Assembly: GCA_012295275.1 (NCBI GenBank) | Contig: CM022672.1 | Coordinates: 9,920,001-9,984,000 of the forward strand | Direction of reading: 5' to 3' | DNA from: Chrysomallon squamiferum | Lineage: Eukaryota; Animalia; Mollusca | DNA: 64,000 bases | Shown here: piece by piece, positions 1-14,089 of the stretch | Position numbering within the stretch: position 1 is the first letter of the stretch | How the letters are laid out: each line of letters starts with the position of its first letter | Notes under the pieces: model-generated | Seen by the model: only the letters and a program-made list of their open reading frames with translations | What the model was told of the DNA's origin: nothing | Database searches by the model: none | Program-made: the position numbers and the translations under genes

Positions 1-65
1 CTGCTTGGTTAATGAAAGCATTGACAGGTCTATCCTACAACAGTTTGCTACAATGGCTGACAAAG
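1..65 (+). CDS. SACS: Sacsin copy 1: 3' end of exon equivalent to 32587-34089
   Basis: Reads CLVNESIDRSILQQFATMADK, matching copy 2 CLVNERIDWSILQHFAEMADK; donor aag|gtatgt at 65/66. Confidence 0.88.
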
Positions 66-3000
66 GTATGTTCATGGATTTCACTGCATTATAGAAGAGT
101 CATTTATATGCAATGTTTTATACAGAAATAGAAACAAAACCTCATTTGTGTATCTGTCTGATATTATTGAAGATAAGTTTAGCATTCTGAACTTTTATGA
201 TATAGTCATTTTTACAGCTATTCATAAATATTTCTTTCATTTTTCCAGGCTATCATAAAGTGAGAAAACTAACACCTGAAACCTTTACTGAACTCGTGAA
301 GAAATGTTTCAGTCAAAATTTTAGGACAAAGGATAAGGTAATCATCCTACAGCGATCTTCTACTAGACTGGGAGAGAAATGGCTAAATCGTTTATGGTCA
401 TTTGCTCAAGAACTCAAAATGGACTTAAAGACCAAATTACCTGATTTGCCTCTTGTACCTGAATACAGTGAAGATAAAATAAATCTACATTCTTTGAACA
501 ACAAATTCATTGTACAATCTTACGAAGGATTTGACAGCCTATCAGACGAAATTTCTTCTGGTTTAAGGGAGCTAGGAGTTATTGTTTTGCCATCAGTTCC
601 TAAGTACGTTCAAACTTTATTACCTGTTGGCAGCATCATTCGGTTTCCTAGTCAGTCAGGAGTTCTTAAAAGTTTAAGCAAAATATCACAGGACAACATA
701 GATAACTTCAATAAAACAGCCGACGAAATTACCAGAAATGTCTTTTTAGAGTACTTAGCTTCGTGCAAACAAATATTACCGGAAGCCAAAGAAACATTTA
801 AAAATTGAAATTATTCAGAAATACCGCATCGTCAGTAAGAAATGTGGCCATACTTGACTTGAACCAGATAGCACCAGTTGAAGAAATTCCCGTTGCTTAT
901 CCATCAGTTTATTTGTACGGTCAGTGCCCTGCAACTCGTCACTTGGCAAAGGAGTTGGGAGCTGAAGAAGTTTCAATAAAACAAATAATTTGTAAAGTGC
1001 TGGATGTCATAATTAACGATAATAAAAGAAAACAGTACAATGATAGAGAAGTCGAAAAGTTTATGAGATTCCTTTTAGAAAACAGTCACCCGTATCTGAC
1101 AGATGACAGGGTGAAACAAAGAGCAAGTCAGATTCAGTTTCTGCCTTCTGAAGGAGAAGTCAGACTGCATAAAGCAAAAGAATTATTTGATCCAAGAAGT
1201 TCTTCATTACAAGACTTGTTTCATGGTGAGAACAAATTTCCAAGTCAAGATTTCTCTGAGACAAGTTTACTCGATGGGTTACGAAAACTTGGACTGAAAG
1301 GAGAAAAAGATGTTGCTTTATCAGATATTTGTGAATCAGCATCAGTAACTGAGTCCAAGTTCCAGAAGGAGCATGTATGTGTAAAGATGATCCAGAAAGG
1401 AAAAGCTATGTTGAATTTTCTGAGAAACTTCAGCAGCGTTGACATCAAAGTCACAAAACTTTCATCTCAGCTCTGGCTGCCAGTGCTGGTGAGCAGACCT
1501 CCAACCTACCCAGAACATCTTCCTTTTGCTGGCTCAGGTGAATATTACATAGGCAGGCCAAAGGAAATGCATAACTTCACTCACCTGACATTGGTTGGAT
1601 CTGTCAAAATGGTTTCTGTTGAAACACTCCCTGATATGATGGAATCTTTGGTTGACGCTCCGTCTGAAGATGTGGTTCTCAAACACTTAAAGAATATAAC
1701 TGACACTTACACTGCAGATGAACATCGATTGTACATGAATCAACTTGATCAAATATACAAATATTTCAGTGAGATAGAAGTTTCAGGAAAAGCAATGACC
1801 TTACTGGCAACAATGAAATCTGTTTGGGCTGGCGAAGATACAGAGTTTGTTAAACCAAATAGAATTGTTATAAACCATACACTGTCAGACCTTAATTTAG
1901 TTCCATACCGATATCCTCTGCCTAATTCTTTGAAAAACTATAGTCGTTTGTTTCTACAGATTGGTGCCTCAGAATACCAGTCTTCAGAAATGCTTTATGA
2001 CGTTTTGCTGGAAATCCAAGAAAAATGTGAAAACCAGACAGTGAGTGCTTGTGATGATACGACTTTGGTTATGAAAATTTTGGATAACCTAATCAAAGAC
2101 GGTTCTGTCGACAAGAAAAAGGTTCCGATTCCCGTTCACAATCTAGAAGAACGTCTTGTACTCAAGAAAACTGAAGAATGTGTTTATTGTGAATCATTTC
2201 AGATGTTAGGAACTGCAGAAGAGGATCAAGAAGAAAGATCTTATTATGCAAACATTTCTTTAGATCAGGCTAAACATCTTGGGATTCGAATTCTGAAAAA
2301 TTCTCTCATGGATGCTACAGAAGAAATTGACATGAATTTTGGTCAAAAAGAACCGCTGACCAGAAGATTGAGAAATCTTCTACGTGGATACACCGATGGT
2401 TTCTCCGTTCCAAAGGAAATCATACAGAATGCTGATGATGCACAAGCCAGTGAAGTGAATTTTCTTTACGACGAAAGAGAGAATCTAAATGCAAGAACCA
2501 AGCTGTTTAATGAGGGAATGGCTTCTTTACAGGGTCCAGCATTATGGGCACAGAATGATGCTCTGTTTTCGGAATCGGACTTTTCTAACATCACCAAACT
2601 CAGTGGAGAAACGAAACTTGATGACTGTACCAAAATTGGAAGATTTGGATTAGGTTTCAACTCAGTTTACAATTTGACTGATGTTCCTAGTTTTGTGAGT
2701 GGAAATACCGTTGTGATATTTGATCCACATCAGAGCTATCTGGGAAGTCCTGGCATGAAAGCAAATATCTCTGTTCAAAGAAACAGATCGATGTTACGAA
2801 GAATGCAAGATCAGTTTAAACCATTTGAAGGAGTTTTTGGCTGTCATTCTTTGCACGATGAAGAACATTCTGAGTACGCTGGCACTTTATTTCGATTTCC
2901 ACTCAGAACAGAAGAACAAGCACAACAAAGTCAAATCAGTGAGTTGTATTACTCTCCTGAAGAAATGAAAAACTTTCTGCACGTGTTTTTTTCTGCAGTC

Positions 3001-6000
3001 GGAAATCTTCTGCTTTTCTGTCAAAATGTCGAAGTTGTCAGAATGTATCATTTGCCTAAAGACACATCAGACCCTTCGATGGCAACACTCCTGGTGGAAG
3101 TTAGAAAAAGAATTAGCCCGCCACCAACAGGATCAGTGCTCAGATTCTTTTCAAATGCATGGGAGAATATATCTCACAATTGTGTTGTGAATCAGAATGT
3201 TTGTATCTCTCTCACAATGTTTGATAAAACCAGGGAGATATGTGATATCACTCCAAATTCGTCTCATGTAAATTGGAATGTTGCTTGGGTTCTTGGATGT
3301 CATGAATCAGCAGACCTGATAAAGAGTCACCAAATGAAGGGACTTTTGCCAGTTGCAGCTGCTGCAGTGTCGTTTTGTAAAAGAGAGGATCATACTGTTT
3401 TGCTTCCCTTGGATAGATGTCCCGATGGCTTTTACAAAGAGGGCCACTTATTTTGTTTCCTACCTCTGCCAATAAAAACACCATTGCCACTGCACATAAA
3501 CGGAGCATTTGCACTGACACTTGACAGAAAACAACTGTGTTCAAAATCAGAAGATGAGAAATCTGTTTCCATTGAAGCAAAATGGAACGAAGTTCTGTGG
3601 TCAGATGCTGTTACATCTGCGCTGGTCCAGGTTCTGGTCAATTTGAAAACGATCATTGATGACGTTGATGAAACTTACTACAGACTGTGGGCAAGGAGAG
3701 AAATAATGAATGAATCAAGTTTCAAGAAATTCTATGAAATTATAGTTCAGGACAATCCTAAAGTTTTTTTCCATGATTCAGTTTGGATTTGTTTTCAGGA
3801 TGCTCTCTTTTTAGATCCTCGACTACGTTTTGAAAGAAATGTTGGATCTGTTGCCTTCGACGCATTCAAACATTTTTACACAGGTGACATGATTGTTGCA
3901 GATGCTCCTGAAAATATATTAGAAAGTATTAAGCTCTCTGGTCAGCAAAACAAACTGAATTCTCACATTTTCACTCTGAATGACTTTTATCAGGAAATAG
4001 TGTTTCCCAATATAAATGATCCATACTGGAATAGCGAATGGCGCAATTCTTTAGTGATATATGCATTACAACAAGGCAGTAAAGAAGTTAAAAATGATAT
4101 GATAGACATTGAATGTATTCCAACAAGACCTTCGGGACTGCTGAAACGACCAAGGGATTTGGTTAATCCGCATGGACACACAGCTTGTTTGTTCAGAGAT
4201 TCCGATGCGGTTTTTCCATTAGAAACAAATATTGGAACGACTGTCAATGGATTTTGCAGTCCGCAAATGCTTCAAGAACTTACTGATCTTGGGATGCAGA
4301 ATAAAGAACTGTACTGGCATGTTGTTTGCGAAAGAATTCAGTCTATACAAATACTAATGAATGAAAATAGAGAAGATGCAGTTCATCGCTGCAAAAACAT
4401 TTTAAATTACCTTGGAGAAAAATATTCTCAAGACGACTCAAGGATTCCACGATTTAAAAGCTGCCCAGGTCCACTGAAAGAAAAAATACAGAAAGAAAGG
4501 TTTTTACCGATCCTGCAAACGCCAAATTACTGGCCAACATCTTGGTTTGGCAGTAAAACACAGCACTTCCTAGAAACACCTACTTCGATGTGCTTTCCGG
4601 AGTGTAAATTCATTGTTGGCTCAAATACATTTGTCCTTGACGCAACTGAGTTGGAATCGAGTTCGAACAGAAACGTCCTTGAGTGGCTAGGTGTTCAATC
4701 TAAAGCCAACATTCGAGTGAGTGACGTTATTAAACATTTGCTAACGACATCCTCAATCCAAATAGACTCACTTCCTACACCTGCTTTCACAAAATTGTCA
4801 GATATCTGTTCTGCTGTATACCAGCATCTCAATAAAGTTTGTTTATCAGATGACACGGAAGCCAAAGAGATACTCAAACTGAACCTGTTCGGTAAACAAA
4901 TTATTCTTCATGGTAAGTCTTTTCTACGGCCTAATCAATTAGCATTTAACTTGAAATATGTCTTGGAGCCGTACTTGTACAAAGTTGATAAACTAGTGGA
5001 AAAACAGAACAGATCATTTTTAGAGACTGTTGGTGTCCGAAATACTTTTGAATCTGAAGATGCTGCAAATATCATGAAGGAAATGGCTGACAATTGCGGA
5101 AGAAATGCCTTAACTGAAAAGCAGTTACACTGCTTTTCCCAAGCAGCCTTACTCTTAGTCGAGCAGCTGCAAACTAGAGGCTCTGGATCCGCTGCAAAGG
5201 AATTTAGTTCCTTATTTTTACCAGATTCGAGAGGCATTTTGCAACCCATTTCTGAACTGTGTTTAGATGATTGTGAGTGGATAGGAGAAGCTGAGTCTAT
5301 GAAGTTTCTGCATCGGATTATGCCTGTAGCTGTTGCAGTTGCTTTTGGAGTTAAAACTAAACGGCAGCAAGATTTGAGTTCTCATGCGACGATGTTTGAC
5401 ATGACTTCTTTTGGTCAGCATGAATCTCTCGCCAACAGACTGAAACGAATCCTAGAGGGGTATCCATGTGATTCTTCTCTGATGAAGGAACTCCTGCAGA
5501 ATGCTGATGATGCTGGAGCAACTGAGCTGATGTTTATTAAAGACTTCAGAACTCATCCAAGTGACAGAATTTTTGATGATAGATGGAAACCATTGCAAGG
5601 CCCAGCTCTGTGTGTTTATAACAACAGCTACTTCCAAGAGGAAGATTTCGCTGGAATACAAAATTTAGGCATTGGCAGCAAAGGGGATGATCCATTAAAA
5701 ACAGGGCAGTATGGAGTTGGATTTAATGCTGTGTACCATTTGACCGATGTTCCAACCTTTTTGACTGTAGGACCAAGCACTGAAGAAACACTCTGTGTCC
5801 TTGACCCTAATTGTCTGTACACACCCACCACTAAAGAAGGCGTTCCCGGTGCAAGATTTACAAACTTGTCACATTTGAAAAAATCATACAAAGATGTTTT
5901 TTCTTGTTATCTTGAAAATCAAATTCAACTGCATCCACAAGGCACATTATTTCGCTTTCCTCTTCGAACATTGGAAATGGCTAATTGTTCACAAATTTGC

Positions 6001-9000
6001 CAAACAGAGATGTCGATTGAGAAAGTTAAAGACTTACTGGATTCCTTTTCATCGGACATGGCTGATTCACTTTTATTTCTTCATAATGTAAAGAAGATAT
6101 CCATAGCATCAGTGAATGAAAGTGGACAAATAATAGTTGATCGTGTTGTGGAATCAAACGCATCTATTGAAGATCTGGAAAAACAGCATCAGTTCTTTAA
6201 TATAGTAAAGCAGAGAGTGAAGAATGAACAAAACGAGAGAAAACAACTACAGGATTTAGATGAAGAAGATTTTTTTATCACTCTGAATATAAAAGATTCT
6301 CGTAAAGAAGAAATCGAAGAATGGATGGTTGTCCATCAGTTTGGATTTTCAAAACACTGGCAGGTATCTCCAGAGCTGGAATCAGCCTGGAATAAGAAGG
6401 AAATAAATTTGTTACCCAGAGGAGGCGTTGCTGCACGTCTCGATGTTGAAGAGTCTCAATGCGACAAAAATGTTTTTTGCATTCTTCCACTTCCAATCAA
6501 AACAGGTTTACCAGTTCACATCAATGGACATTTTGCTCTTGACCACGAAGCCAGGAGAAATTTGTGGCACGGAACAACAGATCACCGTTCTAAATGGAAC
6601 CAACTGATTTCAAAATCACTGATTGTACCAGCATACCTCAAAATTGTTGAACAGATAAAAATGAGGTTAAAGTTAGACGACGATCATAAAAGTACTAAAA
6701 AATCTTTAAACACATATAACACGTTTTTCCCAAATATATCTAAATCAACAGGTGAATTTTGGACATTATTTGTTATAGACTTTTACAACACTATTTTTGA
6801 GTGGAAGCTTCCACTTTTTCCAGTCATGAACAGCCACAAGACATCTGATATAGTTAGCTGGGTTTCTGTATCTGTGGAGAGAGGATTTCCTGGATATTTT
6901 CAAATGGAAACGACAGCAGGTGTTGTTGTTGTTCAAAATGAAAAGAGTCAAACAGAGTCTTATAAAACATCACAGGAACTGTATGCTTTGCTAAAAAAAC
7001 TTGGTATGAAGATCATCGAAGCCCCTTTATGGATCCATGAAAGCTTTGAAAAAGCAGCTTTAGGAGATCGTGTTCAGTGTATAAAACCTCAAAATGTCAT
7101 AGCATTCTTGAAATCATGCAACTTAGCTGAAGAAAGTGATAAATGCTTTGCTGGTGAATTACCTGCACCAATCGACAGCTCTCCATTCTGTGATCTAAAG
7201 TCAGTTAAGATTCTTATAACTTTCTGCCAAAAAGTTGAAAATTTTCAATCACATATTGTTGGTCTTCCTCTGTGTTTGACAAATGCAAATTATCTCTATA
7301 TCTTCAGCATAGAAAATCCATTTTTGTAACCACATTTACTGATCTGATAGAAGGCTCAGCCGACAAGTGCCTTCACAAGGACATTGTTGACAAATTTTTA
7401 GACTTCAAACAATGTGCAGCTTTGAAAAAAATGGATGTCTATGATTTTTCCAAGATACTTAAGGACACCCTTGATGAAACTGTGTACAAGCAGGGCAGAG
7501 CTGTTGAATGGAACTGTGAACAAAAGAGGCAACCAACTAAGAGGTGGATAGGAAGATTGTGGACATTTCTTTTCCAAGAAATAAAGACAAAAGAGAAAAA
7601 TAAATGTTCAATTTCAGATTTTGGAACATTGAAAGAGTGGAGCCTGTTACCATGTACAGTTATTAAGGAAGACAGAAACTCAAAAGAAAACATCCACATC
7701 AACCAGCTATATCCTATTAAGACAGCAGAAAATGTCATAACCTTTGGACAGATAACAGACAGAAGTTTGGATAAAGCTTTGAAAACACTTGGATTGCCAG
7801 TCTTCAATTCATCACCATTTCTTTTAGATCATCCTCACATTTCTGAGTTTGCTTCTTCTGTAACTGCAAGTCTTCAAAATCCATTCAGTGTCCTCATTGC
7901 TCTGTCAAACCATACATATGAAAATGTAAAAGTTTCTGGTTCAACTGGCTCTACTTTGCTGAAATACTTCTGTGACAAGTTGGATGATTTCAAAGAAAAT
8001 AAAAGTCAGGTAACGAAGATGCTAAAATATTTGCCATTCTATGCTACCTTTTCTGATACAGCACATTCACTGTCAAACTGTGGAAGACACCTGTTTATTA
8101 AAGATGAATATCCTTTTGCTCCTAAACATGGAATGAATGTTTGGTGTTCAAGTACTGAAATTACCATATTCCTGTTCAAAACTGGTCTGAAAAATCTGTA
8201 CTCTTTTCTTAATATTGACGGTCTGACACCAGAGGCCTTTTACAGCCAGCATATTCTGCCGAAATTCCACATCTTACCATCTGAATCAAAGGCTGTTCAC
8301 TTGAAATATATTAAAGACAATTTTCTTTTGAAGACATTCAGGAATGAAGACGAAGAAGAACTTTTAGAAGCCCTGAGGAGACTGCCCTTTATAGAAAAGA
8401 ATGACGGTACACTCGGTAGAGCAGACGAATTTTTCAGCAAGAAGGTAGTTTTATTTCAACAAATGTGTCCACCGCAAGCATTTCCACCACCACCATACGA
8501 TAATGAAAAGGAGTGGCACGACTTCTTGGTGTTGGCGGGAATGAAAGACGAAGTCACTGTGGAGCTTTTTATCCAGTTTGCTAAGACCATCGAAACTTTG
8601 GCAAGAAAAGGCCTGTCAGAAAATATAAAAGAGAAATCAAGATTACTGATTTCACATTTATTTTCAAGACCAAATCTCCTAAATGAACATCTACTTCCAC
8701 AGATTAAAAACATTAGATTTGTTCTTCCATATTGTGTGAAAGACGAACACAAAAAGGGAGCAATTCTGAATTCTATACACAATCAGTTTGAAAGTGAATC
8801 AAAGTTGATTTCTTTTAATGGTTCGTTCCCTTCTAAACATTGTCATTTGGTGTGGACTACTTGCACTATGTTTTCACCGTTTGTGACGTTTCACCAGGAA
8901 AGGAAAATTACAAAGCAAATAGGAATAGATGATGTTCCAAATAAAAGACTTGTTATTTCACACTTGAAAAAGATATCAGCTCGTCTTGAAAATATCGAAG

Positions 9001-11709
9001 AATCTGAGATGAGCAAAATTAAAAGCTGTTTGCTGGATGTAATGGAAAGCTGCTACGACTATTTTAAAACATGTGGTGTTACTAAAGACGACAAAGCAAA
9101 TCTTGAAGAATATCGTATCATTTACCTGCCAGACAATAACGTGGTGGTCAGAGCAAAGGACATTGTCATTGAACTTCGCAAAGAGGATGCGATTCGTGGC
9201 CACATTTATCAACCTCCTGTATATTTTGGTCAGTTTTTATTCAGTATTTGAAAGCTTTGGAGCGAGCAAAAATATTTCTGCCAATCATTGTGCACAGGTT
9301 TTGGACAGGATCCATCAGTGTGTTGGAGATAAACATTTAAATCCCAATGAGTTGCTTGTTGTGAAGAAAGCAGTACAAATGTTGTTTAAGTGTCTTGAAG
9401 ATAAAAATTGTTCATCAGACATTACAGTTCCCTCTCTTTATCTTCCAAGTTCTGAAGAGACACTTGCCCCTGCACGAAACTTGATACTGTCAAATAATGT
9501 TTTTCTTGAGGAAAGAGTTACATCTCTGAATCTGACATACTTTATTGGTTTTGACAAACTTGAAATAGATGTTATAGATTCTGTTAACAAAATGGTTTCT
9601 ATTCCGCAAAGCCACAGACCCCAAATCCTAACATCATTAGTTCAAGAACATGTAACAGCTGAATGTCAGAATACTTGTTACGTTAGTCATGCTTCTGAGA
9701 AATACTCAAACATCATAAAATCAACACATTTTTTACGTGGTGTCATAAGACTTGTAAATCACCAAAGCAATGAATATCTTAAAAAGCCAATTACTGAAGA
9801 CAAAGCAGCGGTGATTAAGACAAGACTTCAGAGTCTTGAATTACGTGAGGTAAATGAGTTGAAGACCTGTTTGATATATTCTGAATTCGTTATCCAAAAC
9901 AGTGAGTCAAAAAGAAAGTGTTGGTTGGATTCTGTATTTCTCAAAGACAGAAATGAACGCGTTCATTTCTTATATCTCGATAGAAAAACTTGTCAGCAAT
10001 ACGAGTCTGACATTCGGAGAGAGATATCTAGGACAATTGACAGAATGCTGAAAGGACAGATCGGCAATGCAGTGACATATGTGGAACAAATGATGCAGGT
10101 ATCTGGAGAAGATATTGCTCAATATTTAGATAGAAATGAAATAATTGCATCAAATTTCAGAAGTTCACATTCCAGTTCAACCCTTTTACCACCACCTGGA
10201 TCTTTCATTCCTGAAGAATTCCACTGGATGCTTGTGGACAATTTTGATGTTTTGCATGATGGTGAATATGTGGGTCTCGAGATCTACGACCCGTTGATTG
10301 ATGAAACACAAAGTGATGTGGAGAAAGTATCCTTGAGCAATGAGTCTGTCCAAGCTGTTTTCATTTATGCGATAATCAGGGGCGTCGTGGAAAAACATGA
10401 ATGTCCCATGATGATGACGTATCGTGTGGACACTGGTTCAGATGAAATTAAAGAACTAGAAGCTACTAAACTATACAAGTTGATAAGAGAAAAAAGTGAC
10501 ACTGACAAACAGCTAGAGGTTTCTCAGAGTGAACCTCAGAAACCTGATCTTGATCTGAATGAAATTCTTACGGAAATTCGCGAGACACTTAAACAAGCCT
10601 GGGCTAACATGGATGAAAATGACAGAAAAAGAGTGATCAAGCGATTGTTTCTGAAATGGCATCCAGATAAAAATGACCCAAGCCAAAAAGACATGTGCAC
10701 CAAAATATGCCAGTTTATTAATCATTACTGGACCAAATTAAAAAGAGGTGAAAACATAGATGACAATGATGAGAAATATTCACCATTTCCAAATGAATAC
10801 TCCTGGTTTTTTGATCATTTGAACAAAAGATCTAAGTCAGACAGAGCTCATTACAATTGTTTCAGAAGACGTAAAAAGAAAAAATCTAGTTCATCATCTG
10901 GTCACGGTTCTTCTGGATTTCATCACGATTCTGGATTTGATGCAGGTTTTGGATTTCATTCAGGATACCATTTTCCGCAAAATCAGGAAGGTAAACGTTG
11001 GCTGCAGCAAGCTAAATTTGATCTGAAAGCAGCTAAAACATCACTTTCAAGTACATCTTACGATGCATTTAATTGGATTTGCTTCAAATGTCATCAGGTT
11101 AGTCTTAACATAGTTTTTAACAGGTCTACTATTTATACCAATATTGCAATTTTGTTTTTATTTTAAGATGTGCTTAGATAATAAAATAAGAGTGATATAA
11201 TCATTAAAATAATTCATGAAAGTAGAGACAAATTATGTTTGACTAAAATATCTTAAATATTTAAGACAATAATTAGCAAAATACAAAATACCTGAATATT
11301 TTGTCTTTAGTATCTTTTTGTTGTATTTTTTGTTCATTTATTTATTTAATTTTTGAAATTATTAACCTAGCTCAACCCAATTTTTTAAACTGACTTATTA
11401 ATATATTTGCAGGCTGTAGAAAAGGCCTTGAAGGCCATTTTGTACTGCCAAGATGCTGATCTTGCAGATCAAATCATGGGTCATGATCTGGGGGCTTTGG
11501 CAAGAAATATTAACTGTACAAACAAGAGTGTTTTGTGTGGATTGGTTGACACTTTTGAAGGGCTTGGATGTGATTACTACAAGATGAGATATCCGGATCG
11601 TCTCTCCTTCCCTCGGATTCCTGCCAGTTTGTACAACAAGCAGACTGCTTCTCAAGCCTGCACCATTGCTGAAGATATCATCTCTGAAGTGAACAGAAAC
11701 ATGACTTGA
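1..11709 (+). CDS. SACS: Sacsin-like gene copy 1 (5' part outside window). Exons <1-65, 249-11097, 11413-11709; three 1-nt frameshifts (~800, ~7320, ~9232), so either a pseudogene or assembly indels
   Basis: Sacsin repeat starts FGQKEPLTRRLRNLLRGY (2338) and FGQHESLANRLKRILEGY (5410). GHKL motifs EIIQNADDA/ELLQNADDAGA, GRFGLGF/GQYGVGF, GTLFRFPLR, LPVHINGHF. J domain KWHPDKN (HPD 10660-10668). HEPN RWLQQAKFDL...CHQ|AVEKALKA...GHDL...RYP. GT-AG introns 66-248 (phase 1) and 11098-11412 (phase 0) keep frame. Confidence 0.93.
249..11097 (+). CDS. SACS: Sacsin copy 1 giant exon (10849 nt): end of SRR1, SRR2, SRR3, J domain, first HEPN helices
   Basis: ORFs 260-808, 805-7329, 7272-9251 and 9073-11166 join by single-base shifts and align colinearly with 34274-45171; acceptor ttttccag 241-248, donor cag|gttagt 11097/11098. 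Confidence 0.9.
11413..11709 (+). CDS. SACS: Sacsin copy 1 last exon (HEPN domain C-terminal part)
   Basis: Acceptor tttgcag at 11412; AVEKALKAILY...GHDL...MRYPDRL...RNMT-stop. Confidence 0.9.
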   Translation, partial: AVEKALKAILYCQDADLADQIMGHDLGALARNINCTNKSVLCGLVDTFEGLGCDYYKMRYPDRLSFPRIPASLYNKQTASQACTIAEDIISEVNRNMT

Positions 11710-14089
11710 CAACAGAACTGGTCTGGAAAAGAGTGAGTAGTATCAGATATAGAGAATCGGTCCTCCTTGAAATGTGCTCTTTATACTTTTCTTGTAGCTT
11801 TTGTTTTATTGGGTGTATTTCATTAGTTTATCAAAGTATGGAGTATGTCGTTTTTTGTGGTCTACAAATGGTCGTTAGATGTCATTCATTGATGAACATA
11901 ATCTATTAATATCATCAGCACAACTGCTTGTTTGAGAAAGTAATTTCCATTCTGTTCTCAAAATAGTTCTTTATACCCACTAAAATCTATTTTGATGTAA
12001 AGCAAAAACTGTTACTCTGAAGGCGTGGTTCAGTAGTATCTTGTCTTTATAGTTAGGAATTTATTTTGAGAATAAAGTAATGAGACAATTAGAAATGTGT
12101 TATAATTCATGATCAAATTAAAAACTAAAGATTTTGTAGATTTCACGCACCTGAATATAAATATGTATATATCTGCTATCTACAAGCACTAGTAAGTGTA
12201 TCTACATGTTGATATTTTTCATTTCAGAACATAGAGAGGCATGTAATGATGTAGACATTAGTTAATTCCAAATGTTATTCCAAACTCTCTGAAAGGTTGA
12301 TATTTTCCAGTTCCAAACACAGCTACACCTGTATTCATGCAGACAATAGTCAATCGTAAAGACTGTCCGAGATATATAAATGTTGACATTTTCCAACAGC
12401 GGTAGACGTGTATTACGTAATTTCCAATTTTTAGATGGTAAAGGAAAAGTGGTTATAATATCACAAAACAAAGATATGTTAATTTTTGATATTTCTGTTT
12501 TCTGTTTTTCAGACGACATCATGATCAGAAATAACTGAAGAAATCTAAAATGTATAATGTTTTGAAGACATTATGACTATTTACTATTCGTGTTGTATGT
12601 ATTATTGTGACAGTACTGAATGAAACATGATAGAAATTTCTAATCTTCCCATGGAAAAAGATTATCAGCGTTTCTAAATTCAGCTCTAATACCTTTGTAT
12701 CTCATTATATAAATAGTTTCATTAGAGAGGACATTGTGTTTAGTTTGTAGAAATGTAAAAATGTTCTTTGTGATCAATCTGAAACTGAATTATTATGATT
12801 TTTTTATTTAGTATTAAATGATTTTAGGAAAATATATATGCAGTTTGATTTCATTTATAATTCTTTTCCCCAGCCATCTTTTTATGAAACTTCACAATTA
12901 CTATCATTAGTGTACTGATTCAATACTGTCATTACAATCAATGTGTTTTCCTCTTTTCCATTCTAGTTTTCTCCTTGTTATAGGAAAAAGAAAAAAAAAT
13001 GAATTGTGTAGTTTTTAAATATATCAAATTTCATTGATTTGTTTTTTTAATTGTTTTTTTCTCGCATTTTCATTAAGAGGATCTGTTTTCTTTTATGCCT
13101 TTATTTTCTTTTCCAGTGTAATTTTAACATCACATGCCGACGTACAGTCAAACACTAAAATTAACAGATATTTTTAATTAGAACTTTAAACATTTTTTTT
13201 TCAATTTTTAAATATTAATATATAATGATTAATATGTACATATCTTTCCCATCATTGTATGTTCCTTTATAATAGTTTTGAATGTATAAAGAAAGATATT
13301 GAATTTAAATAATACTATTTGATTTACTTTGTTGAAAACATTGTGATAAAAAATAAAGTAAATTAAGATGTAAATGAAAAAAATAATTATATGTATATAA
13401 TATTTGTTTCTTTCTCATTTAGTTTTTGGTGAAATTCAAATCATATTGCAGAAACAGATGGCATTTTTATGAAACAATTTCTAGGTAGACAAAAAATGAT
13501 TTGTTTAGTGTGTAAATATGTAAATACTATGATATGTCAACTATTATACTTACAGAAATGCTCTCAAACAGTGTTATTGAACTTTTTATCATGTTCGTTA
13601 GCATTAATCAGAAGGTAAAGAAGAATTTGCGGAAACATTATCTATTGTCTTGTTTTTGTATTGATTAATGATGTTTCTATTTATTTCATTATTTTGTTTT
13701 CCCAAAATAATTAGGATCCTTTAGCTTATTTGTAACTTGATACAGAATTTTTCAAATCTGTTCTTGTCTGTATCATTTTGGACAAATTTGTGCATTTGTT
13801 ATATTTTGGAGAGTTTGACTCATTTTGTAAATATTGTTAACACTGAAAGAAACCTTTTGCAAATTTTTGATGTTTATTATGAACTGTCTGAAAATGCTTT
13901 TTGGATGAGTAAGTTTTCCATATTAATTGACAACTAAGAAACTGATTAACATTTTTCCTTACATGTTTTGTTTGTTTGGATCTTTATTGTAACTTTGGAC
14001 ATCTCAGCATGTAATTTGACATTTTACATACTGCTCTTAGTGATAACTGCAGGAAAAGAGTATTTTCTTTCTTGCAGTTGTTTCAACAT

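Noticed and set aside
797-804. TTTAAAA slippery-like sequence at the first copy 1 frameshift
   Set aside because: The heptamer is out of phase with the reading frame (codons are TTT AAA AAT)
1160-11712. Many short minus-strand ORFs over sacsin, repeated in copy 2
   Set aside because: Antisense shadows of a long coding sequence; they recur only because of the duplication
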